The notes beneath the pieces were generated by a model. It did not search any database and was not told where the DNA came from. It saw only the letters and a program-made list of their open reading frames with translations. A stretch of 64,000 nucleotides of DNA from an uncultured Chloroflexia bacterium (GTDB lineage Bacteria > Chloroflexota > Chloroflexia > Thermomicrobiales > UBA6265). The stretch spans positions 1,378,004 through 1,442,003 of the forward strand of contig CAVUKC010000002.1 in assembly GCA_963741965.1 (NCBI GenBank), in the 5' to 3' direction. Of this stretch, positions 9,316-19,404 are shown piece by piece. Position 1 is the stretch's first letter. Every line of letters begins with the position of its first letter. A program made the translations under genes and the position numbers.

Positions 9316-10587
9316 ATGCGCCTGGCGTCCGTACCGATTTCGAGAGCGATGGCTCGTCTGACCATCACCCTGCTCACCCTGCTGATCGGAGCCGGCATCG
9401 CGCAGCCAGCCGCGCTCGCGAGCCGCTCCGATGGCACCGGCGGCCCCGGCCTGCACGAGTACGACATCGCTCCAGAGTTGCTGCCTCCGGACAGGGGACA
9501 GTCCGATCTGACGGTGGCGATCCCCGCGACCGGACATACGCTTCAGGGCACCATGCTGGACTACTGGCGCGTCAACGGCGGCGCGACGGTGTACGGCAAC
9601 CCCATCTCCGAGCCGTATCTCGCGCCGAACGGGTACTACAGCCAGGCGTTCGAGCGAGGCATCTTTCAGTTCCTGCCCGAGACGATCTGGACCGACGATC
9701 CGACCGTGCGCCTGCAACCAATTGGGTCCACGGTATACACCACCCAGCGTGATATCGTCCGCGCCGACGGTCGGCGCGTCGCCGGCGACCGTCGCATCGC
9801 CCGCGCGACACCCGCTTCCTGGAGCGAGGAGCGCCAGAACGAGGTATGGAATGAGGGCGGACGCCTCAGCAGCGAGACGGGATACAGCATCTCTGGTGAC
9901 TTCGGCGCGTGGTACGACAGCCACGAGGGCTGGTTCTACCTCGGCTCGCCCATCTCGGAGCCGTTCCGCCACCGTGGCGTGATGGTGCAGATCTACCAGA
10001 ACGGCATGCTCATGGCCCGCGACGGCGCGGTGATGCCGGCAGCATTGCCGCGCGAGAATCCGGAGAGATTCGGAATCGACACCACCGCGGCGGACACCAC
10101 CGGCCTGCCGGAATACTCCGAAAGCCTGTTCATCAGCGCGAACAATCCGTTTGGCGTCGACACGACGACTCTGCAAGGGCGACGCTCGATCGTTGTCGAC
10201 ATCAGCGAGCAGACGCTGACCGCCTACGAGGGTGACCAGATCGTCCTCCAGACGCTCGTCAGCACCGGCATCGAGCCCAACCACACCGAGGTCGGCGCCT
10301 TCCATGTCCGCATGAAGTTCCCCGAGCAGGACATGACCGGATTCACGAGCTCGACTGGCGAGGTGCTGTCGGTCGGGACGACGGAAGGCAGTGGCGTCCC
10401 CTACGACGTCGAGGACGTACCGAACGTCATGTACATCAACTACGACGCGGAGGCGCTCCACGGGGCGTACTGGCACAACAACTTCGGCCAGCGGATGAGC
10501 CACGGCTGTGTCAACCTGCCGCTCGACGTCGCCGCCTTCCTCTACCAGTGGGCCCCCATCGGCACCGCGGTGACCGTGGTCAAGTAA
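9316..10587 (+). CDS. Secreted L,D-transpeptidase (YkuD domain) with two N-terminal ~45-aa repeats
   Basis: Signal peptide ...GIAQPAALA. The catalytic motif is SHGCVNL. Repeats are ...YGNPISEPY... and ...LGSPISEPF.... The RBS is GGAAGGAGA. Confidence 0.88.
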   Translation: MRLASVPISRAMARLTITLLTLLIGAGIAQPAALASRSDGTGGPGLHEYDIAPELLPPDRGQSDLTVAIPATGHTLQGTMLDYWRVNGGATVYGNPISEPYLAPNGYYSQAFERGIFQFLPETIWTDDPTVRLQPIGSTVYTTQRDIVRADGRRVAGDRRIARATPASWSEERQNEVWNEGGRLSSETGYSISGDFGAWYDSHEGWFYLGSPISEPFRHRGVMVQIYQNGMLMARDGAVMPAALPRENPERFGIDTTAADTTGLPEYSESLFISANNPFGVDTTTLQGRRSIVVDISEQTLTAYEGDQIVLQTLVSTGIEPNHTEVGAFHVRMKFPEQDMTGFTSSTGEVLSVGTTEGSGVPYDVEDVPNVMYINYDAEALHGAYWHNNFGQRMSHGCVNLPLDVAAFLYQWAPIGTAVTVVK

Positions 10588-10738
10588 TCCATGGAGAGGA
10601 ACGTGGAACTGGCTCTCCCGACCTATTGACCCACAGCCGCGCGAGGGATAGGCTGACGGCATCAGGACAAGGCAGTCGACAACAGAATATGGCTCGCGTG
10701 CGATGTTCGTCCGTCGCCTGCAGAAGGAGACCAGCCCA

Positions 10739-12121
10739 ATGCCATCCGGTCCACGTGATCCCGTTCCACCGATCGACAAGGATGATCCAGAGGGGAGTAG
10801 TGACGCATTCCGCCTGAACCGCCGCAACCTCGTCCAGTGGAGCGGTGCCGCGGCTCTCGGAGCCGCAAGCATGCGCCCCGCATCGGCGCAGGAAGCGACT
10901 CCGGAGGCGACGCCAGCGGATGCTGCCGCTCCCACCCCTGAGCCACCGGAACCCGCCACCACCGCCCCGTGGACGCGCGAAGGGGTGCAGGGGCCGGCGC
11001 TGCCGCCGGATGTGCCACCGTGGATGCAGAACTGGGGTCCGCTGCCGTCCGAGTACGGCGAACGCTCGCCCTACGAAAACGGTGTGGTTCGAAGCCCGGG
11101 CTCGACCTCGAGCCGCTCGCCTCTCGCGGATCTCCACGGCACCATGACGCCCAACAGCCTCTTCTTCGAGCGGCTCCACTCCGGCACTCCGGAAATCGAT
11201 CCGACGCGTCACCGATTGATGGTCCACGGCATGGTCGACACGCCGACCATCTACACGATGGACGACCTCAAGCGGTTCCCCGCGGTCTCCATGATCCACT
11301 TCCATGAGTGCTCGGGCAATTCGGGCAGCGAGTGGACCGAGGATTCCATCGCCCCTAACGTCCAGGAGGGCTTTGGGCTCGTCAGCCAGACAGAGTGGAC
11401 CGGCGTACCGGTGAAGACGGTTCTGCAGGAGGTCGGCCTCCAGGCGGATGCTACCTGGGTGCTGGCCGAAGGAGCGGACGCCGCAGGCATGGACCGCAGC
11501 ATTCCCATCGAGAAGGCGCTGGACGACGCACTCCTCGCCTATGCGATGAACGGCGAGGCACTCCGGCCCGCCAACGGCTACCCGCTCCGCCTGGTCCTGC
11601 CAGGCTGGGAGGGCAACTCGAACATCAAGTGGCTGCGACGCCTGAAGGCCGGCGATGGACCGTGGGAAACACGCGAGGAAACCTCCAAGTACACGGATCT
11701 GATGCCCGACGGCACAGCGCGGCAGTTCACGTTCGTGATGGAGGCCAAGTCAGTGATCACGAACCCCTCGGGCGGACAAACGATCTCCAGCAGGGGGTTC
11801 CACGAGATCACGGGTATTGCATGGTCAGGTCGCGGCAAGATCACCAGAGTCGAGATTTCAACGGACGGTGGAGAGACGTGGGAGGACGCCACGCTGCAGG
11901 AGCCGGTTCGCTCCATCGCGCTCACCCGCTTCCGCTATCCATGGATGTGGGACGGCCAAGCGGCACGCCTCCAGAGCCGGGCGACAGATGAGACCGGCTA
12001 TGTCCAGCCCACGATGCAGCAGCTTGTCGACGTTCGCGGCACCAATTCCACCTACCACATGAACGGCATCAAGTCGTGGGCCGTGAGTGAGAATGGGGAG
12101 GTCACCAGTGCTTGGGGATAA
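10739..12121 (+). CDS. Molybdopterin sulfite dehydrogenase/oxidase family, SoxC/SorA-like, Tat-exported
   Basis: Twin-arginine motif NRRNLVQW plus ...ASA cleavage site. Contains FFERLHSGTPEIDPTRHRLMVHGMVD and HFHECSGNSG (Mo-ligand Cys). RBS GAAGGAGA precedes ATG 10739. Confidence 0.85.
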   Translation: MPSGPRDPVPPIDKDDPEGSSDAFRLNRRNLVQWSGAAALGAASMRPASAQEATPEATPADAAAPTPEPPEPATTAPWTREGVQGPALPPDVPPWMQNWGPLPSEYGERSPYENGVVRSPGSTSSRSPLADLHGTMTPNSLFFERLHSGTPEIDPTRHRLMVHGMVDTPTIYTMDDLKRFPAVSMIHFHECSGNSGSEWTEDSIAPNVQEGFGLVSQTEWTGVPVKTVLQEVGLQADATWVLAEGADAAGMDRSIPIEKALDDALLAYAMNGEALRPANGYPLRLVLPGWEGNSNIKWLRRLKAGDGPWETREETSKYTDLMPDGTARQFTFVMEAKSVITNPSGGQTISSRGFHEITGIAWSGRGKITRVEISTDGGETWEDATLQEPVRSIALTRFRYPWMWDGQAARLQSRATDETGYVQPTMQQLVDVRGTNSTYHMNGIKSWAVSENGEVTSAWG

Positions 12122-12608
12122 CACAACGCAGTTTGGCTTCGGCGAGCCCGCGTCGGAAGAGCAGATCGCTGGCTGGGACATCGACGTGAAGCCCGATGGC
12201 ACAGGCCTGCCGCAAGGTAGCGGCACTGTCGCGGATGGCAAGAAGCTCTTCCAACAATACGGCGCCGCCTGGCACGGCGCGGAGGGCGAAGGCACCGACT
12301 ATGCCCCACGGCTGGTGGGCGGTATCGGATCGCTGGACACTGACTCGCCAGTGAAGACGGTCGGCAGCTACTGGCCCTATGCAACATCGGTGTTCGACTT
12401 CATCCGTCGCGCCATGCCCGCAAGCGCGCCGCAGACCCTGACCGACGATGAGTACTATGCCCTGACGGCATGGTTGCTCTGGGCGAACGGCATCATCTCG
12501 GAGGACGAGGTGATGGATCAGGACACGCTGCCCAAGGTCGTGATGCCGAACCGGGATGGTTTCACGAGCCCGGACCCACGCCCCGACACGGAGAACGCCT
12601 CCAGCTAG
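12108..12608 (+). CDS. SoxD/SorB-like cytochrome-c-fold subunit with degenerate haem-binding site (GAAWH instead of CXXCH)
   Basis: GTG 12108 has GGGGAGG 7 nt upstream and overlaps the end of the upstream gene. Family blocks seen: AGWDIDVKPDGTGLPQGSG, TVGSYWPYATSVFDFIRRAMP. There is no signal peptide. Confidence 0.7.
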   Translation: MLGDNTTQFGFGEPASEEQIAGWDIDVKPDGTGLPQGSGTVADGKKLFQQYGAAWHGAEGEGTDYAPRLVGGIGSLDTDSPVKTVGSYWPYATSVFDFIRRAMPASAPQTLTDDEYYALTAWLLWANGIISEDEVMDQDTLPKVVMPNRDGFTSPDPRPDTENASS

Positions 12609-12862
12609 ATCCGTGATCCACGGCGGTTCATGCTCACCTCACGTGTCCGGATGCATCCAGCGCGGATACCCTTCGGCAGCCCCGCAGGTGCGCTGCCCGA
12701 GCGTCCCTATCGGCGAGACACATGCACGGACAGGGGAAGCATGGGACCAGTGGGACGTGCTAGGATTCGGCAACGAACGAGCGTCACCGCCCGGTTCGTT
12801 GCCGACCGCACGCCACCAGCGGGTCGCGCTCCGCTGGTGTAGCTCTCCACGACAGGCCAGCC

Positions 12863-13696
12863 TTGACCTTTGACACGATCAACGCCACGACTGCAGACGA
12901 GGACACGCGCGAAAGCAAACGTCCCGGGCGCGTTGTGGCGTTCGTCAATCAGAAGGGCGGCGTCGGAAAGACCACCAGCACGGTCAATATCGCCGCGGCG
13001 CTCGCCGAGCGCGGCGACCACGTGCTCGTGGTGGACATCGACCCGCAGGGCAACGCCACATCGTCGCTCGGCGTCGACAGGAACGCGCTCGAGGCAACCC
13101 TTTACGACGCCATGACCGGCGACGCGGATACCGACGAGGCGATCATCCCCGGGGCGCGGGAACGGATTGACCTGCTCCCCGCCACGCCAGAACTCGCAGC
13201 CGCCGAGATCGAGCTTGTCGATCAGCCTCGTCGCGAGCACCGCCTCGCCGACACGCTCCACGACGCGAAGCGCCGGTACGACGTCATTCTCATCGACAGC
13301 CCGCCGTCGCTCGGCCTGCTCACCGTCAACGCCCTCACCGCCTCGGACGCCGTCGTCATCCCGGTGCAGTGTGAATATCTCGCGCTGGAGGGGGTGAGTC
13401 AGGTGCTCGGGACCATCGACCTCATCCGTCGCAGCCTCAACCCGGACCTGCAGCTGCTCGGCGTCCTGATGACCATGTACGATGGTCGCACCAGGCTCTC
13501 CGGCCACGTCGTCGATGAAGTCCGCCGTTTCTTTCCCGACCACCTGTTTTCTGCCGTTATCCCGCGTTCGGTCCGACTTGCCGAGGCTCCGAGCTTCGGC
13601 CAGGTCATCGCCGAATACGACCCGTCATCACGGGGGGCCGCGGCATACGCCGACGTCGCCCGGGAGCTCCGTGACCGACTCACCACCAGCAGCTGA
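12863..13696 (+). CDS. parA: ParA/Soj-type partition ATPase (no adjacent ParB)
   Basis: Deviant Walker A NQKGGVGKTT, plus VVDIDPQGNAT and the full ParA layout. The start is uncertain (TTG 12863 is the first in-frame start). Confidence 0.88.
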   Translation: MTFDTINATTADEDTRESKRPGRVVAFVNQKGGVGKTTSTVNIAAALAERGDHVLVVDIDPQGNATSSLGVDRNALEATLYDAMTGDADTDEAIIPGARERIDLLPATPELAAAEIELVDQPRREHRLADTLHDAKRRYDVILIDSPPSLGLLTVNALTASDAVVIPVQCEYLALEGVSQVLGTIDLIRRSLNPDLQLLGVLMTMYDGRTRLSGHVVDEVRRFFPDHLFSAVIPRSVRLAEAPSFGQVIAEYDPSSRGAAAYADVARELRDRLTTSS

Positions 13697-13723
13697 TCGC
13701 GCCGTCACCGCACACAGGAGTAG

Positions 13724-15280
<1,557 letters not shown>

Positions 15281-15311
15281 TTCGCACGTTTGGAACAAAG
15301 GGGGATAGGGT

Positions 15312-15737
15312 ATGCCTCTCATCGACACGTCGACCGAGTTCGGCACGCGCGTCCAGCGTCGCCTCGACGAGGAAATCGTGATCTGGCTGACGACGCAGGG
15401 ATCCGACGGCACGCCGCAGCCGAGCCCGGTCTGGTTCCTTGCCGAGCCGGACGGCCACGTGCTGATCTACTCCCAGCGCGACAAGCCGAAGGTTCGCAAC
15501 ATCGAGGCGCGGCCGGCGGTGGCGCTGTCGTTCAACACCACGCCCTCCGGCGGAGACGTGGTGATCTTCGCCGGCGAGGCGCGCATCGATCGCGACGCGC
15601 CAACGGCGAGCGACAACCCGGCCTACGTTGAGAAGTACCGCGAGTCGATCGAGCGGCTCGGCTACACGCCGCAGCAGTTCGCCGACGAGTACGCCGTGCC
15701 GATCCGGATCAGGCTGACGAAGCTGCGAGGCTTCTGA
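15312..15737 (+). CDS. PPOX-class (pyridoxamine-5'-phosphate-oxidase-like), probable F420-dependent enzyme
   Basis: 141 aa. The pattern ...IVIWLTTQGSDGTPQPSPVWF...IYS...KVRNIEARPAVALSF is typical of the split-barrel PPOX/F420 family. Confidence 0.78.
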   Translation: MPLIDTSTEFGTRVQRRLDEEIVIWLTTQGSDGTPQPSPVWFLAEPDGHVLIYSQRDKPKVRNIEARPAVALSFNTTPSGGDVVIFAGEARIDRDAPTASDNPAYVEKYRESIERLGYTPQQFADEYAVPIRIRLTKLRGF

Positions 15738-16573
15738 TGGAGCGGCGCGATCTCCTCACCCCACCGACGGACGAGGGCGAGCCCTCGCTGCCGAGGCTCC
15801 GCGACCTGCCGCGACTGGTGCTGTTTGGGGCGGGGCAGATCGTGCTATTCCTGATCTTGTTCCAGCTCTACAAGGTGGTCCGCCGGATCTATATCCCGCG
15901 CGCCGAGAGCGTCGCGTTCGACAATGCGGAGCGAATCCTGGATTTTCAGGGCAGCCTGCACGCGAACTTCGAGGTCCACCTGCAGCACTGGGTGATCGAG
16001 CGCGGCGACCTGATCATGGTGTTCAACTACTTCTACGCATGGTTCATGTGGATCTTCTACGCGACAGCGATGATCCTGCTCTTCTTCGCTCCACAGCGCT
16101 ACTTCTACCTGCGGCGCGTGTTCTTTCTCAGCATGTTGCTGGCGCTCCCGTGGTACCTCATCTTCCCGCTCGCACCGCCGCGCTTCATGCAGGACTACGG
16201 CTTTGACTTCGTCGACACGCTTGTGGTGTACGGGCCAAACTACTTCTCGGAGTCGGGTCTCGTCACCGCGAACCGCTATGCCGCGATGCCGAGCATGCAC
16301 GTCGGCTGGACCACCATCGGCGCGATGATGCTGTGGGTTGCGTTCCCCGGACGGTTCCGCATCGTCGGCCGTGTGCTCGCGGTCCTGCTCGTGGCGATGA
16401 TCGTGACGACCGTGATGGTCACCGGCAACCACTATTGGTCGGATGCTGTCGGCGGCTGGATCATCATCGGCACAGCGCTGCTGATCAACCGCGCGCTGCC
16501 GTGGCCGTTGCCGATGCCGTGGCGCGAGCCGTCGCCGCGGGCCGAGCCGGAGCCCCAGGCGGGCGCCGCCTGA
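15737..16573 (+). CDS. PAP2-superfamily membrane protein (PAP2_3 / inositolphosphotransferase-like)
   Basis: Multi-TM protein with motifs AMPSMHVGW and GNHYWSDAVGG. ATGA start/stop overlap with the upstream gene. Confidence 0.75.
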   Translation: MERRDLLTPPTDEGEPSLPRLRDLPRLVLFGAGQIVLFLILFQLYKVVRRIYIPRAESVAFDNAERILDFQGSLHANFEVHLQHWVIERGDLIMVFNYFYAWFMWIFYATAMILLFFAPQRYFYLRRVFFLSMLLALPWYLIFPLAPPRFMQDYGFDFVDTLVVYGPNYFSESGLVTANRYAAMPSMHVGWTTIGAMMLWVAFPGRFRIVGRVLAVLLVAMIVTTVMVTGNHYWSDAVGGWIIIGTALLINRALPWPLPMPWREPSPRAEPEPQAGAA

Positions 16574-16655
16574 GGACAGTAGCTGCTACCCTTGTCGGTG
16601 GGGCCAGACTCCCCCGCTCGATCCCGACCATTCCGCACGAAACGGCGAACCCGCA

Positions 16656-17459
16656 ATGGCTCGAATCATCGCGTTCTTCAACCAGAAGGGTGGCACCGCC
16701 AAGACCACCAGCACCCTCAATGTCGCCGCGGCGCTCGCCGAGCGCGGGCAGCGCGTGCTGGTGGTCGATCTCGACCCGCAAGCGAGCCTGACGATGGCGC
16801 TCGGTGTTGACATTGCCGCGCTCGAGATGTCGGTGTACGACCTCTTGCTCGATGAGACGGTCGGCATCGTTGACGTGGTCCAGCCGACCACGATCGAGAA
16901 CATCTCGATCGCGCCGTCGCACCCGGACCTCGCCGCCGCCGAGATGGAGCTGCTCAACGTGCTCGAGCGCGAGCGCCAGCTCGACAATCGGTTGCGGCAA
17001 GCGGAGCTGGGTGCCTACGACTTCGTGCTGATCGACTCGCCGCCGGCGCTCAACATCATCTCGATCAACATCCTCGTGGCCATCCGCGAGCTCATCATCC
17101 CGATCGAGCCGCACCCACTCTCGGTGATGGTGCTGCAGCGGCTCTTCGACACCCTGCGCCGCATCCGCCGGCTCAACCCGGAGCTTGAGATCCTGGGCTT
17201 CCTGCCGACCAAGGTGCACCACTCGTCGCGCCTCGCCATCGACATGCTGGCGACTCTGGAGTCGCAATTCCCGGAGCTGCACCTGCTGCCGTCCATCCCG
17301 CTCTCGGTCCGCGGTGCGGAGTCGACCGCCGAGATGACCAGTGTGCTGCACTACATGCCTCGCTCCGGCGTCGCCGCGGCGTACCGAGACGTCGGCGCGT
17401 GGCTGCTGGGCGAGCGAGGCAACGCCATTGCTACCCAGGGGGGAGCGCGCCATGCCTGA
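16656..17459 (+). CDS. parA: ParA-family ATPase (second copy), paired with ParB-like gene
   Basis: Walker A variant NQKGGTAKTT, plus VVDLDPQASLT. The 3' end overlaps the ParB-like start by 8 nt. Confidence 0.88.
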   Translation: MARIIAFFNQKGGTAKTTSTLNVAAALAERGQRVLVVDLDPQASLTMALGVDIAALEMSVYDLLLDETVGIVDVVQPTTIENISIAPSHPDLAAAEMELLNVLERERQLDNRLRQAELGAYDFVLIDSPPALNIISINILVAIRELIIPIEPHPLSVMVLQRLFDTLRRIRRLNPELEILGFLPTKVHHSSRLAIDMLATLESQFPELHLLPSIPLSVRGAESTAEMTSVLHYMPRSGVAAAYRDVGAWLLGERGNAIATQGGARHA

Positions 17460-18594
17460 CCGCTCTTCCCCCGACGAGTTCGAGGACATCCTCACCGGCC
17501 GCAAGAGCCGCCGATCGACAAGCCAGCGCCAACCTGCGCCTGCTGCCGATGAGAAGCCGGCCCGGCCCGGTCGCTCCCGCCGAAAGTTCACCGTGGACGC
17601 GCTGTTCAGCGACACACGCCCGCAGGCGGTCGGTGTGCAGGACCTCGCCGAGGCCAAGGAGATTGCGCTGGAGCGCATCGAGGCGGACCCCGAGCAACCG
17701 CGCAAGCACTTCGACGAGGAACGGCTCGAGGAGCTGACCGCCAGCATCCGCAAGGAAGGCGTGTTGCAGCCGATCGTGGTGCGGTACGACGCCGAGCGCG
17801 ACCGGTACATCATCGTCCACGGCGAGCGCCGCTACCGCGCATCGACGCTGGCAAAGCGCACGACCATTCCAGCGCTCGTACGCAACGTCCCGGAGAGCCG
17901 TCGCCTCGTCCAGCAGCTGATGGAGAACATCGTCCGCGACGACCTCAACGCCGTCGATCGCGCCCGGGCGCTCCGGATCCTCAAGGACCAGATGGACGAC
18001 GCGCCGTGGGAAGATGTCGCCGCGGAGGTGGGTATCCGTCGCTCGCGGCTGTTTCAGCTGCTCGACACCAGCAAGCTGCCAGGTCAGGCGCAGGATCACA
18101 TTCGCGCGGGAGCACTCTCCGAGAAGCAGTCACGCGCGCTGCAGGGTTTGCCGCCGGCCTACCAGCAGGAGCTCGCCGACGCGATCGTCGAACGGGCAGT
18201 TCCCTCGCAGGTCGCGACGCGCGTCGGACGCGCGCTGCGCACGTCGCCTCGCCTCGCAACGTCGAAGCCGGAGGCGCGGCAGCACATCGCCGAGCTGCTC
18301 GACCTCGCCATCAACGCGGATGACGACGCACGCGCGATCCAGATCGACCGCCTGCTCGGCTCCCTGAGAGACGTGGCGGAGGGTCACGAGCATGACCGGG
18401 CGGCGCTCGAGGAGATCGCGATCACGCTGGGCGCCCCGAGCTACGCAGCCAGCCGCGTCACGAAGTCAGTCGGCGATCTGGCGCAGGCGCTGAGCCACGC
18501 CGATCGAACCAGGATCGCCAGGGATCGCGAGGTACGTGATCGGCTCCGCTCGCTGGCCGAGGTCATCACCGCGCTCACCGACGAGGACGCATAG
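17452..18594 (+). CDS. parB: ParB/Spo0J-like protein with basic N-terminal extension and divergent C-terminal third
   Basis: ATG 17452 follows GGGGGGAG. The ParB N-domain is present (PEQPRKHFDEERLEELTASIRKEGVLQPIVVR...HGERRYRAS), followed by an HTH region. Confidence 0.85.
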   Translation: MPDRSSPDEFEDILTGRKSRRSTSQRQPAPAADEKPARPGRSRRKFTVDALFSDTRPQAVGVQDLAEAKEIALERIEADPEQPRKHFDEERLEELTASIRKEGVLQPIVVRYDAERDRYIIVHGERRYRASTLAKRTTIPALVRNVPESRRLVQQLMENIVRDDLNAVDRARALRILKDQMDDAPWEDVAAEVGIRRSRLFQLLDTSKLPGQAQDHIRAGALSEKQSRALQGLPPAYQQELADAIVERAVPSQVATRVGRALRTSPRLATSKPEARQHIAELLDLAINADDDARAIQIDRLLGSLRDVAEGHEHDRAALEEIAITLGAPSYAASRVTKSVGDLAQALSHADRTRIARDREVRDRLRSLAEVITALTDEDA

Positions 18595-18641
18595 GGGCCG
18601 ACTATTCGGGCGGTGCCATCCGGCGAAAGATCAACATGACA

Positions 18642-18670
18642 ACACCCGGGCGAGTCGCTCGCCCGGGTGT
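18642..18670. terminator. Bidirectional hairpin terminator
   Basis: ACACCCGGGCGAG - TCG - CTCGCCCGGGTGT forms a 13-bp stem between the ParB-like gene (+) and the small-ORF operon (-). Confidence 0.55.
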
Positions 18671-18698
18671 CCCACGTGCATTGTCTGCGGGTGTCAAC

Positions 18699-18812
18699 CT
18701 ACCACCAGGCTCCCGCCTGACGGTCGAATCGCCGCGAATCCGCTCCGAATCGAAGCGCGAGTACATCCAGCACAACGAACGCGCCGACTACGAGCAAGAA
18801 ACCTGTCATCAT
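18699..18812 (-). CDS. Small membrane peptide (37 aa), paralogue of 18918-19019
   Basis: Sequence MMTGFLLVVGAFVVLDVLALRFGADSRRFDRQAGAWW. RBS GGAAGGGAG lies just upstream. It shares the FGAD(S/T)R...WW motif with its neighbour. Confidence 0.5.
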   Translation of the reverse strand: MMTGFLLVVGAFVVLDVLALRFGADSRRFDRQAGAWW

Positions 18813-18917
18813 TGACTCCCTTCCGGGCGGCGCCGTTGCCGCCTCACTTGTCACTTTCCATTGTAAAGCAATGAACGCTGAAACGATACGGCAGCAGCGA
18901 CTCAATGCGGTCTCGCA

Positions 18918-19019
18918 CTACCACCAGTTGCGACCGGAGAGGTGCCGCGTGTCCGCGCCAAAGTGGTTTGCGAGCACACCTACGATGATCAACACAACCC
19001 AGAACAGCAGCAGCTCCAT
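18918..19019 (-). CDS. Small membrane peptide (33 aa), not in supplied ORF track
   Basis: Hand translation gives MELLLFWVVLIIVGVLANHFGADTRHLSGRNWW*. GAGGTG lies 5 nt upstream of the ATG. High GC3. It starts 15 nt after the stop of the 69-aa ORF. Confidence 0.5.
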   Translation of the reverse strand: MELLLFWVVLIIVGVLANHFGADTRHLSGRNWW

Positions 19020-19034
19020 GGTGTCACCTCGATA

Positions 19035-19244
19035 CTAGACGCCGCCGATGGTGTACCAGCGGATCTCGGCTTCGGCTCGCCTCCGTTCGGCGGCCCGACG
19101 GATGGACGCCTCATGCATGGCCCGCTCCGCGATCGTGAGAGGCTGCTTCGGAGCCTCCCGGCGCTGTGAGGGATGAATCACGCGCACACGCAGGCCAGCT
19201 TCCACGCCCCATCCGCCGATCATCAGACGTCGAATTGCGATCAT
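19035..19244 (-). CDS. Hypothetical 69-aa basic protein, first gene of small-ORF operon
   Basis: ATG 19244 has AAGGAG 9 nt upstream. The C-terminal half is a predicted basic helix (AERAMHEASIRRAAERRRAEAEI). I recognise no family. Confidence 0.45.
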   Translation of the reverse strand: MIAIRRLMIGGWGVEAGLRVRVIHPSQRREAPKQPLTIAERAMHEASIRRAAERRRAEAEIRWYTIGGV

Positions 19245-19404
19245 TGCGCCTCACTCCTTGCGCGTGCGACAGGAACCGATCTCCAGCCGCCTCGTAACAA
19301 AACGACGCGCGACCTCGCCGTCCGTGAGATGTCGCTCGCCGTCCGGTCTGCTAGGCTCAGGATTGACAGGAGAAAGGGTTGCGCAACCGCATGAGCACTG
19401 CCCC

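Noticed and set aside
9256-10962. Very long antisense ORFs: 568 aa here, and similar ones at 14108-15412, 16485-17813, 25091-26485, 28016-29236, 36302-37387 and 53526-55082.
   Set aside because: Their translations are Arg/Ala/Gly/Pro-rich low-complexity strings without RBS. The opposite strand in each case carries a motif-verified gene. Long stop-free antisense frames are expected at this GC content.
12769-12839. tRNA-like T-arm sequence (GGTTCGTTGCC) and two hairpins in the 254-nt spacer before parA.
   Set aside because: No acceptor stem, D-arm or anticodon arm can be built on either strand. These are more simply two stem-loops (12769-12803 and 12814-12839) downstream of the sulfite dehydrogenase operon.
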